A stretch of DNA of 63,497 nt, filler included, from Licmophora abbreviata (taxonomy: Eukaryota): NCBI GenBank assembly GCA_900291995.1. It is 24 parts of 24 records of this genome, joined end to end, with 100 filler letters (N's around TTAATTAATTAA, not from the genome) between each part and the next. Parts side by side here need not be neighbours in the genome. Positions count along the whole stretch, not along the records: positions 1 to 1,369 come from OLMU01006080.1; positions 1,470 to 6,421 come from OLMU01006081.1; positions 6,522 to 9,275 come from OLMU01006082.1; positions 9,376 to 11,411 come from OLMU01006083.1; 20 more parts are not named here. The stretch is one strand, 5' to 3'. Positions 1 to 10,779 of the stretch are shown in pieces. How positions within the stretch are numbered: the stretch's first letter is position 1; every line of letters begins with the position of its first letter. The notes beneath the pieces are model-generated. The model saw only the letters and a list, made by a program, of their open reading frames with translations. It was not told the DNA's origin and did no database searches. The translations under genes were made by a program, and so were the position numbers.

Positions 1-270
1 CTTCCCTCTGTCCCCCGCAAGGAGCGCCGTGAACTTGTCAGCGCCGCTCGCAAGCTGCGCCGTCTCAAGCGACAGCTTCTGCTCCAGCAAGTCCAAGAAC
101 CATCGTCGCCTGTTGACACCTTCCGAAGCAAAATTATGGAATTGGCGCTCGCCCAAGACGAAAACACATTCCCGAACCTCTTTCGCCAGAGGTCTTCCTC
201 CCTGGGATCGTCGTGTGCGAGTTTCGACTTGAACAACGCCTCGTCGCTCTCGACAGTCGACGAGTCGTAA
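1..270 (+). CDS. 3' end of a hypothetical protein (partial, runs off window start)
   Basis: Frame +1 is open from base 1 to TAA at 268-270 (LPSVPRKERRELVSAARKLRRLKRQ...STVDES*), followed by AT-richer UTR-like sequence. No recognisable domain. Confidence 0.45.
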   Translation, partial: LPSVPRKERRELVSAARKLRRLKRQLLLQQVQEPSSPVDTFRSKIMELALAQDENTFPNLFRQRSSSLGSSCASFDLNNASSLSTVDES

Positions 271-802
271 TAAAACAGAAGGTATCTCTCTACAAGATCA
301 CACCTTGTGACCCTTTCTATTGTTCCTCGGAAGAAGCACCTTCTCGAGTTCAGGATGCGATTCCAGCATGGCGTGAAACCAACTGGATTGAACTTCACTG
401 GACAATGCACTTCTACATGTTGCACGCTTACTTTTATATAACTTCATTTTACTTTTGTTCTTGGGGGCGATGATCCTTTTGGACGGACAATAACCAAAGC
501 CTCTCACTCATGAACAACGCAACTGGTGATACGTGTTTCACTCTCGATCCAAGGAGCACAACTGGAGACATCAGTATCGCGTTTGTATTTTTTGGTCAAG
601 AATATGGCGGCTGTGTATCCTGAGCTCCAGGACGGCTGACCACACTTGCACTACTCTTTAGAACACTATGTTAGGACTAGATATCATTATACGGAGTGTA
701 TTACACTGGTAGCATCATCGTATATCTACTGAGACCCTGTTGTAGCTTGTATATTTCTAATTCTTCTCGATTCTCGTCGAGACTTCTATGAATACGAAGA
801 GA

Positions 803-2582
803 CTACATGGAGCAATCGTTGAGCCACGGCTCGGTGTAGTTCCGTTGATGGAACCATAGATTTGCGCCATATTTGACTCCTTCAATGACCGGTAGGGCTT
901 GGTGCCGTGTACGGATATCCTTGTCTTCGGGAGCTTCGTCGAGAACACTTGGCTGTTTGGTTGGCGAGAGCAAAGAGAGCACAAAAAGTGGTGAGACGAC
1001 AATCGATTTCGATCGAAACATAACGCCCGCACGACTCAAGCCACAAACACCTTACCCATACGACGACACGCCCTAACTTGGGCGTAACGGTGATGTTGTT
1101 CATATCAGGAAAATTTGTTCCTCCGCCATCTTCCACGTTGCTGAGGTAGAGAAAAATCGTCAATATGCGGGGTCCTTGCTGGCGATATCGTTCATGACCT
1201 GCATAATCGTGGTGCACTAAACATTTCGAGTCGCACATTGGATCATAGACGAAGGGATAACGGGAAAGTGAGCGACTGCCTTACCGAAAGATGTTGCGAA
1301 TAGAATTTTGCGCTTCTTACCATCATAGAACTGTCCAGATTCGTATCGCAATAGTTGAAAGGACTCAGCNNNNNNNNNNNNNNNNNNNNNNNNNNNNNNN
1401 NNNNNNNNNNNNNTTAATTAATTAANNNNNNNNNNNNNNNNNNNNNNNNNNNNNNNNNNNNNNNNNNNNTGTCCAAGTTCAATCATATGAAGCGCTTCTG
1501 TCTCTGTGATGTAGTTTTCCAGAGTCACGAGCCACGCACCAAGGACGTAATCTGCCGTTTCTTCAGTGTCACCTTCCTCATAACTCGGTCGGGACCAGAT
1601 GCGCGGCTCGTACCGCTTAAACTCCGTGGCAGTCGTTATATGCTCAAAGTACTCGTTGATATCTCCCGGCTCCCAAGTGTTCTCGGCATCCAGATCCAGA
1701 GGACATCTTGTATGAACTGACGTTAATTCGCACGTTCCACACATGGGTGCACAATAGTACTGCATCCATTCATCGTTTTGTCCCTCACATTCCCCGCGGA
1801 CAGCCCAGTATGCACAGAGCGGATCCTTGGCGGCACACGAGTCGTAGGACAAACTGAGAAAGTCATCCTCCCATACGTCATTCAGGTACTGCGACGCGTC
1901 CAGGATACGCTCCCATATCTCATTGCTGTAGAAAAGTCGAAGCGATTGCGGCTCTCCGAGATCAATATCTCTGTTTCAATGTGTTGTCGACGCGAAGGAG
2001 GGGCAGTGTGAGATAAGATCATTGCTGCGCACAGCAAAACAAAGCGTCAAAAAGACCATTGTCATAGTGCAAGAGCACATTGACAGTTCGAGACTCGTAC
2101 ATTCTGGTTCCACACGCATAGCAGCTGTCTTTGCAGTAATTCATCATGAACCTAGCGTTCGATAAACACTCTCCTTCGTTGGCCCAGTCCTCACAGTCCG
2201 GATCCATGTCGAAGCACTCGTCGTCCGAAAACATGGTCACTTCTTCGTACCACTCGGTCCACTCGTCTTGCTCTTCTTGTTCTTCTTCTTCAAAGTCGTC
2301 GTCGTCCATCGATTCTGTGGTTGTGGTGCTCCCCTTCACTTCCATGGTCTCTTCGTCTCTTTGTATATTGCTTTCTTGATTGGTTGCTGCTGTCACGCCA
2401 CTCCTGGAGTTCGGGTTTTGTCTACTTAAACTCATTGTGTCATTGGCTGATGCGCTACCACTTCTTTGTGAGCATGTTTCGCCGCTCTCGGAGGAGCAAA
2501 CACTGGAATCATTTTGTACATTCTCGGAACCGACATGGTAGGCGACGCCAATGAGTACTACGAACGACACAAGCCGCATCAT
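803..2582 (-). CDS. P4H: Secreted 2xShKT + prolyl 4-hydroxylase, paralogue A (middle lost in gap)
   Basis: Exons 2582-2101, 1970-1470, gap, 1369-1321, 1216-1056, 952-803 with GT-AG introns. Signal peptide, acidic spacer, two ShKT Cys patterns (CFDMDPDCEDWANEGEC...C...C..C), Fe/2OG motifs HHDY, RILTIFLYL, EDGGGTNFP, HQALPV...KYGAN. Confidence 0.9.
1370..1469. other. Artificial scaffold linker (44N-TTAATTAATTAA-44N); first of 23 copies
   Basis: Identical 100-bp units start at 1370, 6422, 9276, 11412, 15359, 19269, 22871, 24033, 25289, 27723, 28883, 30873, 33108, 35109, 36944, 39143, 43342, 44960, 46233, 47458, 49132, 50518 and 53928. TTAATTAATTAA places stops in all six frames. Confidence 0.98.
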
Positions 2583-2854
2583 GGTGCAAGTTCTTGTTTT
2601 GTACCTATAATCGGCCATGACTTTCTTCGACAACGCGACGAGCGTTGAGTGATGAGTCACGTACGAATGGAATCAGTTTTAGTCACGAGTTGGAGGAGCG
2701 AACCAACTCAAAGTGTTCGAATGTGTAAACTATCGTCGCATTCTAATGTACACGTGTTACTCCTACCACTGCTGTTCTCTACAGTCTCAGGGCATTCTCG
2801 GCGTCATGGTGCCGTCATGTTCGGTGGTCCCTGTGCAATTTGGAGCTATTCTTG

Positions 2855-4697
2855 TTAGCTCGAGCATCCATTGTTCGATGGGTCCTTGTAGTTTCGTTGA
2901 TGGAACCATAGATTGGCTCCATACTTGACACCTTTTTCTACCGGCAAAGCCTGGTGCTCGGTTCGAATGTCGTATTCTTCAGGGTACTCATCTAGCACAC
3001 TCGGCTACGAAGTAAATCAAAGACATGGAAACACACAACAAATATTGAGCAAGCAAAAATTGGATTTTTCAATGTCGCAAATACGTCATTGCGATTCTTC
3101 CTTACCCACAAGACGACGCGCCCTAGTTTCGGTGTTACCGTCAGGTTGAGATGAGGAAAGTTTGTTCCGCCTCCTTCCTCGACGTCGTTAAGATAGAGAA
3201 ATACTGTCAATATTCGGGGTCCCTGCTGACGCTGACACTCGTGTTCCGAGTAGTCGTGGTGTACTGATGATGCATACACAAAAGAACAAAGAAACATTAG
3301 CAATGAATGGTACTCTCAGTCAGAATACAAGAATTGATGAATCTTATGACGTACCAGTATAAAACTGTCCAGGATGATATCGCAGAAGTTGAAAAGATTC
3401 GGCATTGTCACTCGGCATGCCAGCCAGATGGGCCATTCGATCCAACAGCTTCACCGCGACAGGATCGACGGCACAGTCATTATCACACCACGAGTTCGTC
3501 GATGTCCGCCGATCACTGACCGTATCTCCAGCGACGGAGCCATCGTCCTGTTCGTCGCCAAACTCCGTGGACCGCTCGTACCCCTCAATCCCTCCCAACT
3601 CAATCAGTCTATTCGCCTCATCCTCGGCTACAAAATTCTCCACCGTGACGAGCCAAGCGCCAATGGTGTAGTCGGCAGTTTCTTCCGTATCACCCTGCTT
3701 ATAGTCCGGTCGCGACCAGATATGAGGTTCATATTGCTGAAACTCTTCTGCCGTCGTTATATGCTCAAAGAACTCATTGACACCTCCAACTCCCCAAGCA
3801 TTCTCCGCATCCGGATCAAGCGGACATCGCGTATGCACCGACATGACCTCACAGGTGGCACACACCGGAGCACAGTTATACGACATCCAGTCACGATGCG
3901 ACCCATCGCATTCTCCAATCGCGGCCCAGTAGGCGCACTGTGTATCCTTATTGACACAGGCGTCGTAGGCCATGCTGAGAAATTCGTCTTCCCAAACGTC
4001 CCTGTTGAGGTAGTCACGGGCGGATAAGAGGATTTCCCATGTCTCTTCGGCATGATCCTGACGAATGACTTGAGGCTCGCCCATTTCCAGGTCACTGTAG
4101 TATAGAACATATAAAGAAAGAGCAGCACGGAGCATGAGAACTGCATCACAGTGTGTGTTGCTATCAACTCGTCACACCACGTATGATAACTCAGGAGTAG
4201 CACAACTTACATTCGAGTTTCGCAAGCACCACAGCTCCTTGGACAAGTGTCATCATGTATCTAGGATTCTCAATGCACGCTTCGTTCTGGGCCCATTCCT
4301 CACAAAAGTCCTCGAAATCAACACAATCTTCGTCCGAAAACATGGAAGTCTCGTCATCAAAAAAGTCTTCATTGCTTGACTCTTCTTCTTCTTCTTCTTG
4401 CTCAAAAGAAGTAGTAGAAGTAGTATCATACGCGTTTCCTGTCATACTTTTCCTACTTATCGTACCCTCTTGTCCTACTGGCAGGACTGCCGATTGTCGC
4501 ATGGGCATTCGGATACGTCGTCCCGAAACCACCAGCAAGTTCGTGTTGGTAGCCGTACCGTTCCCATCCTCGTGATGGTGTTGGCATAACGACGCATCAT
4601 CCGTCGAAGAACAGACCTGCTCCCCATCCTCGGATGCCATGCAACATCGCAAGGCACACGAACACAGGAGTAGTAGCAACAGTAGAAGACGACGCAT
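2855..4697 (-). CDS. P4H: Secreted 2xShKT + prolyl 4-hydroxylase, paralogue B (1-bp frameshift near 4246)
   Basis: Exons 4697-4211, 4094-3355, 3263-3106, 3004-2855. Signal peptide MRRLLLLLLLL, two ShKT domains, RRTSTNSW, FQLLRY..GQFY, HHDY, HQALPV..KYGAN. Intron positions match paralogue A. The first ShKT completes (CPRSCGAC) only after a frame change. Confidence 0.88.
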
Positions 4698-4996
4698 GGT
4701 GGGTGCTATCTTCGTGTTGTCACCTTTTTGGTATGGATGCGTTGTGAAAATGGAATGTGGTCTTGTGCAACTAACTCAAAAGAGACTTCCCGCGCTTTCC
4801 CAGCGTTTGGTATCTTGAAAAGGTTGGTACTATTCTTGTTTATTGATTACAACTGATGTTTACGCCGAGGCGTATCGCGCGGCAAACTGCGCGATGCAAG
4901 AGGTGTTCGGCTTTGACGAACTCACGATGGCATCCGTCCCGAGTTATCGAGTGAGTCGCGGGTGAAAGTCAAGAAATAGACACGGCACTCCATAAA

Positions 4997-7069
4997 ATGA
5001 CCATGACGACGACGACGACGACGACGACGTCCGCATGGCGACTCGCTCTCGTTTTCTTCTTGCTGCTGAATGCTACAGTCGTTCTGTTCGAAGGAGTGAC
5101 TGCAGCAGAGGAGAAAACGTGCTCTGCTGTGGATGGCACTTGTGCTGAAGCGGAACGTACAACTAAGTCTGATGCGACGGACACTACTCCTCACGCCGAG
5201 GCATCCTCCGTAGATGCAGACGTCGCCAGCGCCGTTCATCCTCACTGTCACGATCAACACGAAAAATGTGAATTCTGGGCACGATATGCGGAATGCGAAA
5301 AGAACCCAAAGTACATGGTCGCAATGTGTCCCGAAAGCTGCAAAACTTGTATTGGAACCATGTACGTAATATGCTGAAGTATTGCTTTCAGTATAGAGTC
5401 AGGGTGTCAGTTTTTTGGAGTTTCCTTCGATGGCTGGACCCAGAGGAACTTTGTCTCGATGTTCATGCTCCTTCGTCCTGAATTCTCATTTTGCTCTTTC
5501 TCACCTCTCGCACAACATTCATCAGTGACTTGAAAATGGGAGTTCCGCAGACGATGCTGGTCGAGTCGGCGCGCATCGAAGAGGTCCAACGCCGCATTAT
5601 GGATGCACGGGACTATGTCAACTTTGTCATGGAGGACCCCAAACACAGTGTCGTACGAGAAGGTTGCAAGAATGAGCATGCCTCATGTGCATATTGGGTA
5701 AGACAGTATGTATGGAATGTGACAAGAGATAGCATGGTGTCAAGTCACTGACATGCGCGAGTCGCACAATGTATACCCCATTTACAGGCTACACTGGGGG
5801 AATGTGACAAGAACCCAGGATATATGAAGACCAATTGCGCTCCGGTGTGTCAGTCGTGTGATCAGCTCAGCGTCACGATGCGATGTCCCATCGATGAGGG
5901 GGAACCGAACGCGTGGCAAGCTGGAGATATGAATCGTTTGTTTGAACGACTCATTACTATGAGTCAATATGAGCCAGCTGTCTATTCGCGACCCAGTTTT
6001 GTAAATGGGGACACCGAAGATACTGCAAGCTACATTGTCGGTCCTTGGGTACTGACGCTGGAGAATGTCGTTTCACAAGAGGAGGCGAATCGATTGATTG
6101 AACTAGGCGCGGAAGAAGGCTACAAGAGAAGCTCCGATGTTGGAAAGTTAAAATGGGATGGAACGTTTGAAAGCAATGTCAATGATCGACGAACGTCTAC
6201 CAATGCATGGTGTCAACATTCCTGCTATGAAGATCCGAAGGCAAAGGCAGTCATTGATCGTATTTCCAACTTGACGGGCATTCCGGAAACCAATTCGGAG
6301 TACTTGCAGCTGCTCAAATACGAACCTGGACAGTTTTATGGAGGTGAGAGATACTTACGACGTGTATGGTGCGCACAATCGATCAAGCTGCTCGGATGGT
6401 TGCTCTTACACGTTCTCGTCGNNNNNNNNNNNNNNNNNNNNNNNNNNNNNNNNNNNNNNNNNNNNTTAATTAATTAANNNNNNNNNNNNNNNNNNNNNNN
6501 NNNNNNNNNNNNNNNNNNNNNTGCTCGGATGGTTGCTCTTACACGTTCTCGTCGTCTGTTCAACTTGTCCCTCAGCTCACCACGACTATATCCTTCATCA
6601 TCGTGAACGACAACAGGGCGTCCGCATGCTGACGGTGTTCTTGTACTTGAATGACGTCGAAGAAGGAGGTGGTACCAACTTTCCAAAATATAACCTCACG
6701 GTACAGCCGAAACGTGGCCGAGCGTTGCTGTGGCCCAGTGTGTTGGACGATGACCCGCATACAAAGGACCCGAGGACAGAACACGAAGCGCTTCCGGTCA
6801 TCAAGGGAATCAAGTATGGCGCCAATGCATGTATGTCAAACTGTCGTGAAAGGGTAACCCCGTGATGGGGCGCCGTGTATTTTTGTTGCGTACAGATCTA
6901 ACAGCATCGGCTGATATGATCGCTTTTCTCTGTTGACAGGGTTCCATGCGCGAGGTGTGTCATGCAGAGATGTGCCATCATTCGTCACGTCGCGGGAGAC
7001 ACCATTTCACACTTCCTTTCTTTTCCGTTTTTAGACTTCAAGACACCACTTCTCAACCATTGCACCTAA
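4997..7069 (+). CDS. P4H: Secreted 2xShKT + prolyl 4-hydroxylase, paralogue C (divergent)
   Basis: Exons 4997-5361, 5526-5697, 5788-6343, 6576-6830, 6940-6954, 7035-7069, all GT-AG and in frame. Motifs HHDY, RMLTVFLYLNDVEEGGGTNFP, HEALPVIKGIKYGANAWFH. Confidence 0.92.
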
Positions 7070-7213
7070 GTTCTAGTTACGAGTTTTCCGATTAGATCCG
7101 ACCTAGTAAGAGTATCTTGCTCTACTGCGTGTGAATATTAATAGACATATGGGGTTTGAATTTACTGAAACTTTTCGTCAAGGCGGTTCCAGATCCCCTT
7201 CGCAAGCACATAT

Positions 7214-8867
7214 TTACCACTTCTTCAGTGTTGAGGTTGTGGGGTACACGGTGCAGATACCATTGCGATCAAAGGATGCCTTCATGTAAGTCTTCCTCCC
7301 CTGGAAAGCGGGCTCAGCTGCAACCTTCTCTCGCATCTGCGTAAAACCCGGGAGATCTGGAGTGTAATGGAACATACACTGACGAGTCTTGTCGTAGATC
7401 ATGAGCGGCATTTCGGGAGGACCGCCCTGTACTTTGACATAAAATGTTTCATCAACTGCCACATGGTCTGGACGATGGAATCCGTCCGAGTTGGTGGATG
7501 CAGGAGTCGATGTCTTTGTCCGATTGTTAAATGTAGAGTGGAACATTCCATCCGGCGGAGGTTTCTGAAGCTTGACGCCTTCTGCTTGAGACAATAACTC
7601 CTTACACTCCTTCTTATGTGTGGTCTTCCAATGCGCGACTGCTCGTGGTGAGAAAAGCAAGTAGAGTTGTTGAGATGACATTCCACAACCAGCGCAGACC
7701 AAATGTGACATCTGTACAGTCTTACCCTGACAGGAGCGACCGCAGTATCGAGTCTGCTGACACCTGGAACACGCCGCAAACCTGTCCGCAGTACTAGGAT
7801 CTTCCGTTGTACCACAATTCGCACATGTCCGTCGATCCGCCTTTTGCGCCTTTCTTCCTTGCTTGGTCGCGGACTGTTTGATAACGGATACCGCCTTGGA
7901 TAAAAGTTCCGACCCACCCATCATTGCCATTGATTTCGGACTCACCCCGTCCCAGTCTTCAATGTCAATGCGAGCACCGAGTTTATTGATGAGAAAGTCA
8001 GCCACGTCGTCCCGATTTCCTGGGACGGCCTCTTGGAGGCTTACCACTCCGAGTCGGCACTGTATGTCACAAAGGTTAGGCTTGTCAGTGTCCTTGGTGC
8101 AACCCACTAGCTTCAGATTTTTCGGTTTCACGGTAATCGTCCTATTCTCGTCGCGTAAATAGATCGTTCGTTCCAGTTTCCGAAAGGTACCCGCGCGCCA
8201 GGCCAGTCTTTCCATTCAAGGTTGTATCGCCATTGAGTCCATAGAGCTCGACCTCCTTGCCGTACATGTAAGAAGACTCATAAGCTCGAGCAGCCTTTTC
8301 CACAACAGACATGGTCGTATCGGTAGCCATAACACCGGCACCATAGTGGCAGACTGTCTTGCCGCACACTTCCCGGGCGTCAGGCCGGGCTCCATATTCG
8401 AGTAGCAGCTCGGCGACCCTAATTTGGTTCTTTCGCAGAGCTTCGTCAGCACCATCACCGGAAATATGATGATTCTTGCCCACATAAACAATCAATAGGA
8501 GCGGTGAGAGACGCATGACCGTTTCTAGTCCTTCCAAGAGACGCACAAGCGCCTCCGAGGGCCGGTCGAGTCGGTCATCCGCGGCAAGCAGCATGCCGCG
8601 AACAGACTCGACGGCTCCCATGACACAGTTCATTGCAAACAGCGACACCATACCCGCAGAGAACGACTCTACCAGATCTCCTCCTTCGCTAAAGATATTC
8701 CGATAAAACTGCTGATGACTCTTGCGACGCACTTCGGACTGATCACCGTCGCCCATCTTGTCTCGCTTGTTTTGCTCTACATTCGTGCCGTTCTTTTTCA
8801 GTCCGCGCAGAATGCGCTCTCGAACCCTCCGCGCTTCTTCTTCTCGTTGTTGCCGTTCACGGTTCAT
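7214..8867 (-). CDS. Ankyrin-like repeat / SH3-like insert / zf-MYND protein (frameshift near 8171)
   Basis: ANK-like LLLEYGARPDARE..GKT and FLINKLGARIDIEDWDG.SP. MYND CANC...CSRC...YCGRSCQ-VAHWKTTHKKEC is restored by removing the 87-bp intron 7725-7639. The two ORFs join at GGA-A-CGA. Confidence 0.75.
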
Positions 8868-9375
8868 TGTGAAGCGAGACTCTTTGCACAGGTGTTAGTT
8901 GCTCACTCTCTTCTGTTGTTGTTGTACTGAAGATGTGGTCTCTTCTATGAACATCCATCTGCATCACAGTAGTCTGGTATGTTCAATGTGTCGATTGAAC
9001 AATTCCATTTTGAATTTTATGGATTTTGAAGCTCGAATTCGAAAATTCTGTGTGCTTTCTTCCTTTTTTGATTTCGATTTTTAGGGAATCTGGAAGAAAC
9101 CTTGATTTCATTCTCTACGTACAAAATATACTGCGGGTACAGCACTTGAAAGGCTACTTCCTACGCCTGGGATTCCCTATGAAACGAGAGTACGTGTTCC
9201 ACCACCCACATCATGCTCGCAAGATTCCAAATTCAACCAAGCGACAGAACACACCGCGAACGCATTCACTTCACTNNNNNNNNNNNNNNNNNNNNNNNNN
9301 NNNNNNNNNNNNNNNNNNNTTAATTAATTAANNNNNNNNNNNNNNNNNNNNNNNNNNNNNNNNNNNNNNNNNNNN

Positions 9376-10699
9376 CTAAGGAGTCAGAACAAGGAGCTAG
9401 CGGAAGAATACAGCAGTGGTGTCTGGGCGCACGAAACCTCTACGGTGAGAGAATTGAACAGATGTATCGGTACTTACGAGGAAAAACTCAGTGCCTGAAG
9501 TTTCTCACCTCTAATTCATCGTCTTCTTGTTCACGGTGTTCCTCTACTCTCTACTACAGCCCGAAGTGGGTGGCTTGTTGTGTCGCATGCCGCTCGAGGT
9601 GGAAATCTACCGCAACTTTCGTCACAGCATGATTGGCAAGCGTCTTCGCAAGAAGCTTACGTCAAGTAGTATACACACGAGCGATTGGTATCGCGAGGCG
9701 CAGACGCTTGTCACGGAGGAAATGCAAGATATTGCTGATAATGCGGAGGGAGGTCAGATTGACGCAACGGTATTGGGAGACGAAGCGGCGGAAATGCTGC
9801 AATTGTACATTGACAACCAGGTAAGATCATGTTAGGGAAGAAATCCGTTGGTTGTTGCACCAGTGTTCTTTTCACTGACTATCTCCGTTTCATCGTCTCT
9901 TTTTTCATAGGAAACTTGGCAAGAGGTCTGTCTGGTGCTGGATCGTGACGAAACGCTCGGAACCGCCACGACGGTCGTGTTGAATCGTCCCATGGCCATG
10001 AAACTGACGGAAAATCTGGCGCAGCTGGTGCGATACGGTGCGTATGTAGCCAAAGATGTGGAGGCGCGGCGGTCGTCGCACACGGAGTTGAGGAGATTCG
10101 TTAAAGCATTCGGAGCGGAGTGTGCCGTCTACGTGGGAGGGCCGGACAAGCAGGATGATCCAGCAACGATGATTCACGGATTTAGTGATCTGCCGGGCGC
10201 GACGGAGGTGTCATTTGGATCAGGAGTGTACAAGGGGGGATTGGATGCAGCTATTGAGGGGGTCTTGTCCGGAAAGTACAGCCCACTGGATTTCCGCTTC
10301 TTTGTTGGGAGACATCAATACAAGGAATCCCAGCTCGACGTGGAAGTCGTTCTCGGAAAGTATCAGCCCATCGCCTGTGCGCGAACGTTAGCACTCAAGC
10401 AGTGCATTTCGCTCCCTCAGCCGCTATGGCACGAAAGTAAGTTTTGCAACCAAGCTGTATGTTACTTTCGTTGGTATTTTGATCTCTGGACTCATATTAG
10501 TTTGCCTTCCTCTATCGTCCCTTTATTAGTTCTTGAGCTGTGCGGCGGAGAGCTTGGCGAAATTTCGAGCTTGGAAATGTTGAAACGGGACGACATGCTG
10601 TTTGAAATCGTAGACGAAGATGACGATGACGAAATCCCGGACGAGCTAGGCGAACTTGGGCAGCTCGACGACGAAGATGACGATGACTTCTACGCATGA
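9376..10699 (+). CDS. AlgH/YqgE (DUF179) family protein, 5' part in gap
   Basis: Exons ~9376-9444, 9561-9820, 9911-10436, 10530-10699. Motifs WAHE..PEVGGLL, VVLNRP, VYVGGP, GVYKGG, DFRFFVG, PLWHE.LEL.GG. Confidence 0.8.
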
Positions 10700-10779
10700 A
10701 GAATTTCCGATTCTACCCGCACTCTACTAGTTAGGCGGTCTTGTTGCATCGTTTCTTCTATGATGTAATTCTATTGTGA

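Noticed and set aside
1414..1425. TTAATTAATTAA recurring 23 times, superficially like a repeat family or CRISPR-like array
   Set aside because: It is always centred in exactly 44+44 Ns and interrupts genes mid-codon. It is a synthetic six-frame stop linker, and ORFs ending in 'LIN' or 'N' are artefacts of it.
3374..4027. Long antisense or alternate-frame ORFs over real genes (also 13915-14580, 17966-18568, 37900-38451, 57589-58188)
   Set aside because: They are shadows of coding sequence at ~50% GC with no recognisable motifs.
7639..7725. Stop-free introns of 3n length (also 10437-10529, 24343-24420, 35982-36065)
   Set aside because: Four among roughly 30 short introns is near what chance allows, and each interrupts a conserved motif, so ordinary splicing is the simplest reading.
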